Source: Planctomycetota bacterium (GTDB lineage Bacteria > Planctomycetota > B15-G4). Taken from it: DNA of 64,000 nt. The notes beneath the pieces are model-generated. The model had not been told where the DNA came from. It saw only the letters and a program-made list of their open reading frames with translations, and did no database searches. Positions 10,071 through 21,000 of the stretch are shown here, piece after piece; within the stretch, counting starts at the first letter, position 1; the number at the start of each line of letters is the position of its first letter. Location: the NCBI GenBank assembly GCA_029259715.1, contig JAJDEP010000004.1, forward strand, positions 17,649 to 81,648. The letters are read 5' to 3'. The position numbers and the translations under genes are program-made.

Positions 10071-11174
10071 TCAGCGCTGGAAGATGGGCAGGTAACCCAA
10101 GGGCACCTGCAGCGTCAGCGACACGATGGCCGTGCCATAGACGAAGCCGTACTCGCCGTTGCGGAACGCACCGTCGTCACCCTGCAGCCGGATCGACTCG
10201 TTGAGGAAGGCGCCCCACCAGCGCTTGAACACACTCCGCTCGCGGTGGTGCCAGAAGGTCTGCGCCGCGTACAGCGACCCGTACTGCAGGAAGTTCTCCC
10301 ACCCCCGCTCATTGAGGTAGGGGTCGTCCCGCTGCAAGGCGTCGAAGCCCATGTCCATGCGATCACCGCCGTAGTCGCCCAGGGCGTTGAGCGTCGACAA
10401 GGCGGCCGCCGTGAGCGCCCAGGTCTCCTTGTCGTCGTTGATCGCGTAGCGGAACTTGCCGGTGGCCGGGTTCTGCGAGCGCCACAGATAGGTCTGCGCC
10501 CGCTCGATGACGGCGCTGTCCACCTGGAAGCCCGCATCCCGCGCCGCCCGCAGGGACTGGATCATGCACACGGTGATCGACCCCTCGTGCAGGTCCATGA
10601 TGCGCGGTTCGTAGTACCAGCCCCCCACGTGTCCCTGGGCCGACTCGATCAGCGCCACGCCCCGGGCGATGGCGTCGTGCAGGCGCTTCTGTTGCCCCGG
10701 GTCGCTGGCGTACATGCCGTAGGCCTGGGTCAGCGCCAGCACGGCATAACCCTGCCCGTGCATGCGTGAGACCTCGTCCCGCTCGGCGTAGAAGTAGCCC
10801 TTGTCGTCGCAGCGGTCGATGAGCCAGTCGACGGCCCGGGTCAGCGACCGTCCGTAGCGACCACGCTCGGCGTCCGGCGCGTGCCCGGCCGCCATGAAGG
10901 ACAGCGCGGCCAGCGACGTCACCGCGATGGGCGCCGAGCGGCTCGCCTGGCTGCGCACGATGTCGAAGGAGCCGTCGGCGTTCTGATGCGACAGCAGGAA
11001 GCGGTGCGAGAGTTCGACCATGCGCCGCACCTGCAAGAGCTGCAGCGGGTCGTCGCGGCTCCCGAGGCCCTCGTCGTCCTGCGCTCCGGAGCCGGCCGCC
11101 AGCGCCACCGTGACCAGCACCGCCGTGATCGACGCAGCGACGAACGACACAGCGGCGAGGATCCGCCCGGTCAT
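10071..11174 (-). CDS. Secreted prenyltransferase/squalene-cyclase-repeat (alpha/alpha toroid) protein
   Basis: Signal peptide; QW-like repeats QNADGSF, QGHVGGW, QGDDGAF; ends YLPIFQR; no DXDD motif. Confidence 0.85.
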   Translation of the reverse strand: MTGRILAAVSFVAASITAVLVTVALAAGSGAQDDEGLGSRDDPLQLLQVRRMVELSHRFLLSHQNADGSFDIVRSQASRSAPIAVTSLAALSFMAAGHAPDAERGRYGRSLTRAVDWLIDRCDDKGYFYAERDEVSRMHGQGYAVLALTQAYGMYASDPGQQKRLHDAIARGVALIESAQGHVGGWYYEPRIMDLHEGSITVCMIQSLRAARDAGFQVDSAVIERAQTYLWRSQNPATGKFRYAINDDKETWALTAAALSTLNALGDYGGDRMDMGFDALQRDDPYLNERGWENFLQYGSLYAAQTFWHHRERSVFKRWWGAFLNESIRLQGDDGAFRNGEYGFVYGTAIVSLTLQVPLGYLPIFQR

Positions 11175-11827
11175 CTCTGCTCGAGCTTCCGCATGGCCGT
11201 GATGTACGCGTCGAGCCAACCGCGGTAGCGATCGGGGACATCATCGACGTGCAGGTTGTTGAGCTGCTCCTGGACCTTGGGCGGCAACAAACCCCAGCGC
11301 CCGTCGGTGTCCTCACGGGTGAAGGGCAACACCTCGTCCGGCGGCGGCGGCGCGCCCTCCTTCTGTTGGCTGTCGGCGGAGCCGTCCTGGGGCTGCTCGG
11401 CGCCCTGCTGCTCGCCTTGCGTGTCCTGCTGTTGCGGTCCCTCGCTGCCCTCGGGTTCCGGCGCCTTGCCCGAATCCTGCTGGCTCCCGTCGCTGGCCTG
11501 GGGCTGGCTGGGCTGCTGCTGCGGCTTGCCGCCCGATGAGGAACTCGGACTGCCGCCGCCACCCGAGCTGTTCGGCGGCGGATTCTGGAACGAGTACTCG
11601 AGCTTCTGGATCAGCGCCTCGATGTCGCGGATGGCATCGAGGTGCAACCGGCGTGCCCGCGCCACCTGGTCGGTGACGGCATCGACCTCGACGGCTTCGA
11701 GCAAGGCCTCGTCCACCTCGCCCAGCGTCTGGCGGATGCGTCGCGAGAGCGCCTCGATGTCCGCCTGGGCGCCCATGTCCTCGAACTGCAGGACACACGT
11801 GAGGAACATGGCGATGAGCGGGGTCAC
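11171..11827 (-). CDS. Hypothetical coiled-coil protein with Q/S/G/P-rich linker and DUF4175-like C-terminal motif
   Basis: 4-nt overlaps at both ends; WGLLPPK...VPDRYRGWLDAY terminus. Confidence 0.75.
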   Translation of the reverse strand: MTPLIAMFLTCVLQFEDMGAQADIEALSRRIRQTLGEVDEALLEAVEVDAVTDQVARARRLHLDAIRDIEALIQKLEYSFQNPPPNSSGGGGSPSSSSGGKPQQQPSQPQASDGSQQDSGKAPEPEGSEGPQQQDTQGEQQGAEQPQDGSADSQQKEGAPPPPDEVLPFTREDTDGRWGLLPPKVQEQLNNLHVDDVPDRYRGWLDAYITAMRKLEQR

Positions 11828-14577
11828 TTGGGCTCCTCCTGCGGCGGTGTGTCGATCGAAGGGTCGTCCACCGGCGGATCGTCGACGGGCGGGTCGTCGC
11901 GCGGGGCCACCAGGTCGTTCTCGGCTTCCGGACCGGTCGGCGTCTCGGGCACCAGCTCGCGGAACAGCTCGGACACCCGGGAGTGCTCGTAGGCCCAGCG
12001 TTCGATCAGCTCCCGGTCCACCTCCGAGTAGCTGTCCTCGTCGAAGATCTCGGGGTTGAGCCGCTCGAAGTTCTCGAGGCGCGCGAGCGCCGACTGCTCG
12101 AGGCGTTGGATCAGGTAGAGCTCGGCCACCTTCGGCACGAGCGGCGAGACGGTGTTCTGGTTGGGGTCGCTGGGCTGGCTCTCCTGCTCGCCCTGCTGCT
12201 GCGACATGAAGGCGTCGCGGCGACGCTCGTCCTCCTTCTCGAGCACGACGATGAGGTCGTCGATGCGTCGGACGATGTCGCTCTGCACCGACTGCACGAG
12301 AAAGTCGGTGCGCTCCTCGGCGAGCAGCTCGGAGGAGCGCCCCATGTCACGGGCCACCTGATCGAGGGCGTAGACGAAGCTGACGGCCCCGTCCTCGGCC
12401 AGGGCGGCGCGCACCGCGCTCGTCTGCTGGACGAGGTCGCTCTGCGTCGCCGAGAGACGGCTCACGGAGCGGCGTTGGCTGCGACCCAGGCGGCTGCCGT
12501 CCTCGCGCCCCTCCTCGACGCCGAGCGTCTCGACGTTGATGGCCTCCTGCGACAGACGCATCGCGCCCAACTCCTCGGCGATCTTGAACAGGACCTCTTC
12601 CTGGCGCAGCTGTTCGTAGCGGTCGCGGTCCTCGGCCAGTTCCTTCTGGGCTTGCTCGAGCTCCTCCGCCGCCTCCTCCTCGCGCGTCTGGGCTTCGCCG
12701 GACTCACCGCTCTGCAACGACTCGGACGCCTGGTCCATCGCTTCGGCAGCACGCTCCATGGCCGGACGGAACTCCTGGTCCGGCAGTTCCGCGAGGCGGT
12801 CCATGAGCTGGCGCAGCTGCGCCTGCAGCTCCTCCTGCTGAGCGGCCAACTGGTCGAGCTGCTCCTGTTGCACCTCCGGTTGCTCGCTTGCTTCGGCGGC
12901 GCCCGAGCGCTGCTGCAGCATCTGCATCAAGGCGGCCAGGTCGATCGCGGCCTGCTGCTGACTCTCGGCAGCCTGCTCGGTGTCGCCCCGCTCGAGGGCC
13001 GGGGTCAACTCCGACAGCTCACGCAGCAGGTCGCGGGTCCGGTTGAGCAGCTCCGGTCCCTCCTCGGGCTGCAAGGCTTCCAGTCGCTCGGCCCGGTCCT
13101 CCAGCTGCTCGGCTTCGTTGCCCGCATCCCGGGATGTGGCGAGCGCCATGGACTGCTCGCGGTTGCGGGCGGCCGTCGCGGCCCGTTCGGCCTCGTCGAG
13201 CTGGGCGCGGACCTGCTCGAGTGCCTCGGCCGCCTCCGTCATCGCCTCGCGCGCTTCGGCCACCTCCGCCGAGTCGTCGGGGAAGGCGGGGGACTCCTCA
13301 GGGGACTCGCCCGCAGGATTGCTCTCGCCCGACGGGCCCTGCGACCCCGAGGGGTTCGGCTCGCCCGCGGAACCCTGCTCGCCGGCAGGGGACTGTTCAC
13401 CCGAATCGCTCGGCTCTCCGGCCGCACCCTGCTCACCGGACGGGCTTTGCTCGCCGGATGCGCCGGACTCGCTGGACTCACCGGTCTCGCTCGAAGCGCT
13501 TGGCTCACTCGATTCGCCCTGCTCACCCGACTCGCCCTGTGCTCCCGAGTCGCTCGGCTCTCCCGACTCGCCGGTGGTGCTCGACGGCCCACCGTCTCGA
13601 GGCTCACCGGCCTCGCTCGGCTGGCCTGATTCGCTCGGCTCTCCGGACGATCCGCTCTCAGCGGTTTCGAGCGCCTCCCGGGCAGCGGCCATGCGTTCGG
13701 CGGCCCGCGTCGCGGACTCGGCGGCCCGGGAACGCGCCGCCTCGGTGGCCTGGGCCAGCTCCCCGCGCCCGGCTTCCAACGGCGTCTCCAAGCGCTCGCG
13801 CAACATCTCGAGTTGCGCCTGGAGCAGCCCCTGGGCATCGGCATCGGGTGTGGTCTCGGCCGCCAGCGCGCGCTGTTGCCGCGCGAGCATGTCGGCCAGG
13901 CTCGCCTCGCCCAGCGCGCTCTCCACGGCCTCCAGCGTCTGCAGGGACGACTCCGCCGACTCGAGCTGCGCCTGCACTTCCTGTGCCAGCTCGAGCGCCT
14001 CGCTCAGGAGTTCGTCAGGCTGGTCGGTGAGCGCGCGCGTCTCGGACAGCAGGCGTCGCTGGCTCTCCGCCAGGAACCCGAGCTCGACCGCACCCTGGCG
14101 CGCGAGGGCGGACTGGTCCTCGAGGTCCTCGACATCCCGCCGATCGCGCAGCACGGAGTAGATGCCCTCGATGGACACCAGCAAGCGGTCCTGCAGCTCG
14201 ATGGTGGAGAGCTTCTTGTCCTCGAGGCTGCGCTCGACCTCCTTGACCAGCGGCAGCAACTCTTCGGAGTCGAAGCGATCGATGGCCTCGCGCAGGAGCG
14301 TCGCGTTGCGCGTACGCCCCTCGTCCTCGTAGCGGCTGGCGAGGCGCTCCATCTTCTCGCGCAGGGCCGGCAGGCGGCTCGAGACCCGCGACTGATCACG
14401 GCGGACCCGGGTGAACTCCGATTCGTCGTCAGGTTCCTGGGCCGCCGCCGACAGGGTCAGCATCGAAAGGGTCAGGCCCATGAGGGCGAAGCGCAGCACA
14501 GCTCCGGGCCGGATCATGGCGGACAACACGGTGAGACCGGCGAAACGCGAGCGACCATTCGGCGTCAACCTGGTCAT
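11824..14577 (-). CDS. Large exported coiled-coil protein (DUF4175-like) with a collagen-like insert
   Basis: Signal-peptide-like N-terminus ending SAAA-Q, long E/Q/A/R/L heptad regions, ATGA overlap with the upstream gene. Confidence 0.8.
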   Translation of the reverse strand: MTRLTPNGRSRFAGLTVLSAMIRPGAVLRFALMGLTLSMLTLSAAAQEPDDESEFTRVRRDQSRVSSRLPALREKMERLASRYEDEGRTRNATLLREAIDRFDSEELLPLVKEVERSLEDKKLSTIELQDRLLVSIEGIYSVLRDRRDVEDLEDQSALARQGAVELGFLAESQRRLLSETRALTDQPDELLSEALELAQEVQAQLESAESSLQTLEAVESALGEASLADMLARQQRALAAETTPDADAQGLLQAQLEMLRERLETPLEAGRGELAQATEAARSRAAESATRAAERMAAAREALETAESGSSGEPSESGQPSEAGEPRDGGPSSTTGESGEPSDSGAQGESGEQGESSEPSASSETGESSESGASGEQSPSGEQGAAGEPSDSGEQSPAGEQGSAGEPNPSGSQGPSGESNPAGESPEESPAFPDDSAEVAEAREAMTEAAEALEQVRAQLDEAERAATAARNREQSMALATSRDAGNEAEQLEDRAERLEALQPEEGPELLNRTRDLLRELSELTPALERGDTEQAAESQQQAAIDLAALMQMLQQRSGAAEASEQPEVQQEQLDQLAAQQEELQAQLRQLMDRLAELPDQEFRPAMERAAEAMDQASESLQSGESGEAQTREEEAAEELEQAQKELAEDRDRYEQLRQEEVLFKIAEELGAMRLSQEAINVETLGVEEGREDGSRLGRSQRRSVSRLSATQSDLVQQTSAVRAALAEDGAVSFVYALDQVARDMGRSSELLAEERTDFLVQSVQSDIVRRIDDLIVVLEKEDERRRDAFMSQQQGEQESQPSDPNQNTVSPLVPKVAELYLIQRLEQSALARLENFERLNPEIFDEDSYSEVDRELIERWAYEHSRVSELFRELVPETPTGPEAENDLVAPRDDPPVDDPPVDDPSIDTPPQEEPK
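13303..13653 (-). repeat. 39 consecutive (G/S)-X-Y triplets (degenerate collagen-like repeat)
   Basis: GSS GEP SES GQP ... GES NPA GES; the first position is Gly in 25 and Ser in 11 of 39 triplets. Confidence 0.8.
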
Positions 14578-16817
14578 GGCGTCTCCCTCTCCTCCCTCAG
14601 GGCATCCTCGGTCCGCTTGCGCAGCAATTCCTGGTCCTCGATCAGGGTCTTCACCAGCGAGAGCACCTCCTGGTAGTCCTCCCACTCGTCCATACGTCCG
14701 AGCAGGCGATCGAGGAGAGCCTCGATTTCCTGCTGACCGGCAGCGACCTCGGTCAGCAGCTCGGGCGAGGGCTCCGCCCGGGCCCGCGAGAGCGTCTCGT
14801 GCACCTTCGGTGAGAGCGTCTCACTCAGTTCGAGAGCCAGCGCGAGCATGTCCAGCAGACGTCCGATCTGATCGAGGCGGCCGAAGCGGCCGCCGGCGTA
14901 GTCGTCACTCAGCCCTTGCCACACCCCGGGAGTGAAGGGCTCGTCGACCGGCTGGGTCGACCAGTCGTCCAGGCGGCGCTGCAGCACCGACTCGGCTCCG
15001 GGACCCGCATCGAGACGATTGAAGACCGTGTCGTCGACGATGCTGGCCAACTCCCGCGCCTCACGGCGTAGCCGGACCGTGACCTGGTTCTGCGCGACGA
15101 CGGCCGCCACGAGGTCCGGATCCCCGGATCCCGGCGCCACCTCGAGCATCGCCACCACCGACTCGCTCACCCGTTGCTGGCGCTCACGCACCGAGCTGTA
15201 GGCCTCCTTCAGGCGCAGCTGCCGGTCGGCGAGCAGCCGCTGGACCTCCGCGGTTTCCACGATGTCGAGACGTCGGCCATCGACGCGGGCCGATTGCGGG
15301 CCCCGGTCAGGCAGGCTGCGTCCATCGGTGGCCATCACCGTGTACGTCGTGGGGATCGTGCCCGGTTCCACCTGGTCCGACAGCGCCCTGCCATCGGAGA
15401 CGGCCGCGCCCAGTCGCCCCGCATCCGTCGCGAGGTCGAGCACCCAGCGGAAGTGACCGGCCTCGTTGGCGTCGGCCGTGAAGGCCGGTCCCTCGGAGTC
15501 GTCATCCCACAGCAGCGCGACGTGATCGACGCCGTGATCGTCGTCGGCCACCACCGCGAAGGGCACCACCGCTCGGGGCGTGACCTTCACCGTCGAGCGG
15601 GACGGCGCGAAGACGCGCAGGGTCGGAGGACGGTCGGGCTGGACGAGCAAGGCGTGATGAGCCGGGTCGGGAGTCTGGAGCCCGTGGGGCCCCGTCAACA
15701 CGACCGCCAGCGACCCCGAGGCGTCGGCGGTGAACGCACCATCGACCCGGGGACGGTCGCCGGAGGTGTCGATCTCCAACGCTTGTTGCGCACCGGTGCC
15801 GAGCATCCAGAGCTCGGCCCGGGTGACCTGACCGCGCACCTCGCCGCCCACGCCGACCCGCGTGCCTTCGGGCACGACGAGGCCTTCGGGGCCCACCTCG
15901 GTGTCGGGGCGGCCGAGATACTCCGGCGGCTGGAGGCGGAAGCGCGGGCTCTCGAGACGCGGCGGCTCCATGACGCTGAGCACCCGGCGATTCTCGTCAC
16001 CGCGATCGTCACCGCCCCGCACCGACAGGCTCTCGTCGCCCGCCTGCACGGCGAAGTGTCCGCGCCAGATGCCGTCGATGACCGTCATACCCAGGACCCG
16101 CTCACCGCGATCGGTGTCGATGACGATCTCGGCCCCCGCCGGATCGAGCCCGTCCACCGCGGCGCGCACGTCGATGACTCCCCCCCGCGCCACCACCAAC
16201 GAGCTGTCCTCGAGGACGACATGGGCGGGGCCGCGTTCGGGCAGCATGATGTGCAGGTGCGTGTCGCGAGGCCAGGGCACATCCTGCAACGTCCACCGCT
16301 GCACGAAGACGCCGAGCGCAGGGTCCGCCGTCGCCACGAGGACGGCGCACAGGGCGACCACGCCGAGGGCCGACCAGACCACCCGCAGCGTGGGCTTGTT
16401 CGTGAGCACGCCGAGCAGGTCGGTTCGCCGGCAGACGTCCTCGGCCTCGCTCGCCATGCGACCGGCCATCGATCCGTCGGCACCGCCGCCCAGCTGGAGC
16501 GCCGCGATGAGGCGGCCCTCGAACTCGGGCACCGCGCCCTCGACGATGCGCGCCGCGTCGAGGCGTTCGGGCCCGCGGGTCAGCGGCCCCCAGAGGCAGC
16601 GCCGGAACTCACGCACGAGCAGCACCAACAACAGCAGGAGCGCGGCGGCGCGCACGGCAAGGGGCAGGTGCAACCAGCGGTCGATCGTGTAGGCCAGGAT
16701 CGCCACGCCGCCGATGGCGGCGACCAGGCGGGCGACGCCGGCCGTCAAATAGAGCCGACGGATACGACCCGCGACCCGGTCGAGCCCGGAGACCACGGCG
16801 GTAGGCGTCGGGTTCAT
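14574..16817 (-). CDS. Membrane-anchored DUF4175-like protein (N-terminal TM helices, Ig-like repeats, coiled coil)
   Basis: About three TM segments, RLIAALQL, PPEYLG, PEGT, DRPPT, A-DDHGV; ATGA overlaps. Confidence 0.78.
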   Translation of the reverse strand: MNPTPTAVVSGLDRVAGRIRRLYLTAGVARLVAAIGGVAILAYTIDRWLHLPLAVRAAALLLLLVLLVREFRRCLWGPLTRGPERLDAARIVEGAVPEFEGRLIAALQLGGGADGSMAGRMASEAEDVCRRTDLLGVLTNKPTLRVVWSALGVVALCAVLVATADPALGVFVQRWTLQDVPWPRDTHLHIMLPERGPAHVVLEDSSLVVARGGVIDVRAAVDGLDPAGAEIVIDTDRGERVLGMTVIDGIWRGHFAVQAGDESLSVRGGDDRGDENRRVLSVMEPPRLESPRFRLQPPEYLGRPDTEVGPEGLVVPEGTRVGVGGEVRGQVTRAELWMLGTGAQQALEIDTSGDRPRVDGAFTADASGSLAVVLTGPHGLQTPDPAHHALLVQPDRPPTLRVFAPSRSTVKVTPRAVVPFAVVADDDHGVDHVALLWDDDSEGPAFTADANEAGHFRWVLDLATDAGRLGAAVSDGRALSDQVEPGTIPTTYTVMATDGRSLPDRGPQSARVDGRRLDIVETAEVQRLLADRQLRLKEAYSSVRERQQRVSESVVAMLEVAPGSGDPDLVAAVVAQNQVTVRLRREARELASIVDDTVFNRLDAGPGAESVLQRRLDDWSTQPVDEPFTPGVWQGLSDDYAGGRFGRLDQIGRLLDMLALALELSETLSPKVHETLSRARAEPSPELLTEVAAGQQEIEALLDRLLGRMDEWEDYQEVLSLVKTLIEDQELLRKRTEDALREERETP

Positions 16818-18031
16818 CGCTGGAAGATCGGCAGATAGCCGTAGGGGATGGAGAGGATCACGGTGCCTACGGCCGTCGAGAAGGCCTCACCGGGTCCGAT
16901 GCGGCAGGGCAATGAGCCGTCGGGTTGCTGCGACTTGAGCAGTTCGGCGCGGATGCGCGGGAAGTACCAGTCCCAGGCCTTGCCGCCGATCACGTACAGC
17001 GCCTGCGTCGCGTAGTAGTGGCCGTACCAGTAGAAGTAGTGGTGCCGGTAATACTTCCCCGACACCAGGTCGTAGTGCCGCTTGAGGAAGTCGATGCTGT
17101 CGTCGAGGTCGATGCCCTCGTTCGCGTCGCTGTAGAGCCCGGCGTTGTGGAGCGCCGCCAGGCCCGCGGCGGTGAGCGCGAAGGACGAGCGGGTGTGCTG
17201 CTCCGCCTGGTACTTGAACGAGCCGCGACCGAGCCGGTAGTAGTCGGCCCAGAGGTCGGGGCTGTGGTCGTCGCGGACGTAGCTGCGCGCGACATAGCCG
17301 GCCGCGCGGTCGATGGTGCTGCGCGGCACGCGGATGCCGACGTTGCGCGCTCCTCTCAGGGCGTTGAGCTGACACACCGTGATCGACATGTCCGACTCGA
17401 CGGCGAACGGCACGTAGCGCCAGCTGCCCTCGGCGTTCTGGCACGCGACGATGTGGTTGACGGCCCGCTGCAGCTCGTCCTTCACGTCGCGGCTGTTGGT
17501 CATGCCGTAGACCTCCGCCAGGAACAGCGTGGCGAAGGCGTGGCTGTACATGCGCGTGCCGTTGGCGGTGATGTAGCCCTGATCGTTGACGCGCGAGACC
17601 ACGTAGCGGGTCGCGTCGCCGATGACCTTGCCGTAGAGGCCCCGGTCGGGCAGGTGCCCCGCCGACAGGAAGGCGATGCCGGCCAGCGCCGTCACGCCCA
17701 CGTGAGGCACCTCGTTGGCCGTGACCTTGTAGTCCTGGTTGAGCTTGAAGCCGACGGCGGCGTCCCAGCTCCCATTGGGGTTCTGAGCCCGCGACAACCA
17801 CTCGAGGGCGGCGTTGACGGCGGCCACGCTCTCGGGGGTGATGTCGTCGTTGAAGGCCGGCGCGGGCCGCGGCGCCGCGGGGGCGCCGGGAAACAGCGTC
17901 GCCACGACGGCCGGCGGGCCGGCCGGCAGCGGGTCGGTCGGCGGGGGCGCGCTCAGTGCCGGATCGCCCGGCACGGCGCACAGCAACAGCAGCGGCAGGC
18001 ACAGCCAGGGAGCGCTCAGCATCGATGTCAT
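16814..18031 (-). CDS. Secreted prenyltransferase/squalene-cyclase-repeat (alpha/alpha toroid) protein
   Basis: Signal peptide; QNPNGSW, QNAEGSWRY, QQPDGS; MYSHAFATLFLAE; ends YLPIFQR. Confidence 0.88.
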   Translation of the reverse strand: MTSMLSAPWLCLPLLLLCAVPGDPALSAPPPTDPLPAGPPAVVATLFPGAPAAPRPAPAFNDDITPESVAAVNAALEWLSRAQNPNGSWDAAVGFKLNQDYKVTANEVPHVGVTALAGIAFLSAGHLPDRGLYGKVIGDATRYVVSRVNDQGYITANGTRMYSHAFATLFLAEVYGMTNSRDVKDELQRAVNHIVACQNAEGSWRYVPFAVESDMSITVCQLNALRGARNVGIRVPRSTIDRAAGYVARSYVRDDHSPDLWADYYRLGRGSFKYQAEQHTRSSFALTAAGLAALHNAGLYSDANEGIDLDDSIDFLKRHYDLVSGKYYRHHYFYWYGHYYATQALYVIGGKAWDWYFPRIRAELLKSQQPDGSLPCRIGPGEAFSTAVGTVILSIPYGYLPIFQR

Positions 18032-21000
18032 CGTCCGCCGTCCTCGTCTGCAGGGTCCGTCGGGAGCACGGCGTCGGCGGGCTCCTGGTCTGCGCCCGTT
18101 CCGACCGGCCGACTCAGCACGGCCACCGACCCGCCCCGCGCCACGAGCAGGGCGCCGTCCACCAGGAGGATCTCGGAGCGGCCGTTCACGTTGAGCATCT
18201 GCACGTCGATACTGTAGCGCTGCGGGTCGTTGTCGCCACGCACCACCCAGACCTCGACGTCGGAGCGGGGATCGAGGGCCTCGGCCACCAGGACGAAGCC
18301 ATCGCGAGCCTGGAGCACCTGCAGCCCGCCCCCCGAGGGGGGCGGATCGAGGATCAGGCGCCGAGGCGTCCCGTTCGACCCCGGTTCGATCACGTGGAGC
18401 TCGCCGGGCGTGTCGCGATCGGTGAACACCATGTTGGGCTCGAAGGTGGTCGACACCGAGGCCACCAGCTCGAGCGAGGACCCCAGCACGAGCGGCTGCT
18501 CGGGTCCCGACGCCAGGTCGATGGGCACGAGCTGCAACGCATCATCCCGCAGGCGCGGCTCCGCCAGCAGCAGGCGCCCGGGCTCCGGGCGCGAGACCCG
18601 CAGCCGCCCGTCGTAGCGCGTCTCCGAACGATGCTCCCACAGCTGAATGCCCCGCTCGATGTCCCAACCGCTGAGTCGGGCCCCCTCCGTGTCCGCGCCG
18701 ACGAGGACGACCACCGGCAGGGAGTCGACCCACTTCAGGGCGGGACGCAGTCCGCCCTCCGGGAACTCGATCACCCGGCGGAAGCGGCCGGCCACCACGT
18801 CGAGCACCATCAGCCGCGTGCCGGCCTCGCCGGTGACGGAGAGCACCACATGCCCCCCCGCCCACAGCAATTCGCCGTCGCGGGCGCCGGAGACCTCGAG
18901 GTCGAGGCTGCGCGTGCCCGACATCTCGCCGTATCCCGTCAGCCGCAGCTGATCGCCGTAGGCCGTGAGGGCGAGGACCAGACCGTCGGCGTGCAGCACA
19001 TCGCGGTGCACGCCGCGCAGGAAGGTGTTCCAGTGCTCGCCCCCCTTGCGCAGGTCGAGCGAGACCAGCTCACTCCCGCCGCGCGCGAGCAGGCGGTCAC
19101 CCGACGCCATCAAGTCGACGTCGGTCGGGCGGGCGTAGGTGATGCCGCCGGGCAGGCTGCGGTCCCAGACGAGCTCGCCCGCCCGGGCATCGATGAAGTC
19201 GAGCATGCCGCGGCCGTTGATCGCCACCAACGCCTTGTCCGCCAGGTCCGGCGCGACGGCCCCGCGCACCGGCGGGAAGCTGACGCGATCGCGCTTGTCG
19301 ACGTACAGCACCGTGAGCGCGGCGTCGTCGCGCGGCAGCCGGGGCAGCTCCGGCACCGTGTCCCTGGTGGTGGTGCCGACGAGCGCGTTCGCGAAGCGCC
19401 GGTCGCCGAGAGAGGCGGCGGCGGCCGCGCGCAGCTCGCGGTGTTGTTCGCCGCCCGGCGTCGCGGCCAACTCGAGCAGCACGTCGCGGGCGCGCCCATC
19501 ATCGAGCCAACGTTGGAGTCGCAGGCGCCGCGCTTCGGCGACGACCTCGGCGTTGGGGAAGCGCGCCTCGATGCGCGCCAGGGCCCCGGCGTCCTCGGCC
19601 CGCGCCAGCTCCTCGGCCGCCATGTCGTCGAAGGCGGCGTAGACTTCGCGACCGTGGGCCTCGATCAACTCCGTGAGCCGCGTCGACGCCTCCTCGCGCA
19701 GTGTCCGCCCCTGCCAGAGGGTCGTCGGGTCGCTCAGGATGTGGCCCTGCAGACGCGCCACGGCTTCGGTGGGTGAATCGGTCGCGAGCCGACGCAGCGA
19801 CGCCACCAGCCGCAGCGGCGCGGCGCCGTCGGGCCAGACGGGTCCCAGGTCGAGCACGGCCTGCGGTTGCTCGGCGGCGAGGCGCGCCAGCCACTCGTCG
19901 ACCTGCGCATGCGCCCCGAGGCCGTGCAGCGCGGGCAAGGCCTCGGCGGCCACCGACAGGCGTTCGTCGGCGCGATCGGCGATGGCGAGCAGCCCCACCC
20001 AACCCTCGACATCGTCCCGCTGCCAGGCCAGGCGTCGCATGGCCTCGAGCCGGCCCGAACGGGCCCGTTCGGCGAGCACGGCATCGCCGCCATCGAGCAC
20101 TTCCTGGAAGCGGCGTCGGGCCTCGTCATGTCGCCCCCCGCTGAGCAGCAGCTCGGCCAACTCGAGACGGGCGGCGATGCCGTTGCCGCCCTGCTCCGTG
20201 GCCCGGTCCATCTCCTGCTGCACATCGAGGGCGGCGAACACCGAGAGGTTGTCGGTCATCACCAATACGCGCTCGGCCGCGACGACGCGCCGCACCAGGC
20301 TCGAACGCCACTCGAGGCGCTGCAACTCGGTGCCGTCCGCGACGTCGAGCACCAACAGTTCGTCGTACAGCGGGATCAGCAGGCGCGTGTCCGCCACCGT
20401 GACCGGACCGATGACCCGATTGAGTCGATCGATGGCCACCGGGTTGCGCCACACGAGCCCCAGGCTCGCGGCGTCGATGCGCTCGAGGGACTGTGGGCCG
20501 GAGATGACCACGGTGCCGTCGCCCACGCCCACCAGGTCGTGGCGATAGTCGCCCCGCACGCGCTGATCCCACGAGAGGATCGAATCGTCCTGGATGCGGC
20601 CCGTGACCGGATCGAGGACGAGCACCACCTCGCTGTCGAGGGGCGTGACGAACAAGCGTCCGCCTTCGAGCACCGGCGCGTGGTTGGTCCAGTTCACGGC
20701 GCGCGGGTTCTGTCGGTGCGGCGAACGGGAGGCCCGCCGCTTGGTCGGTTCGTAGCCGGTGAGCCAGCGCACCCGACCGGTCCACGCGTCGACACAGACG
20801 ACGAGCCCGAGGTTGGTGCAGGCGTACAGGTCGTCGCCCACGAGCAGCGGCGGCGAGACCACGTGCTCCTGGAAGGGGCGGTTGAACATGGTCAGGTCCT
20901 GCTGCCCCGAGCACAGCAGCGTGCGCCACTGCAGGACCCCCGTCTCGAGGTCGAAGGCGGCCATGTACGCGTTGATGGCGCCCTCGGTCACCGAGCCCAC

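Noticed and set aside
13303-13653. CRISPR-like periodic DNA
   Set aside because: The periodicity is 9/18-nt and coding, with no constant repeat plus unique spacers and no cas genes.
10071-18031. Hopanoid/terpene biosynthetic cluster
   Set aside because: The proteins are single-barrel and secreted, lack DXDD, and have no isoprenoid pathway neighbours.
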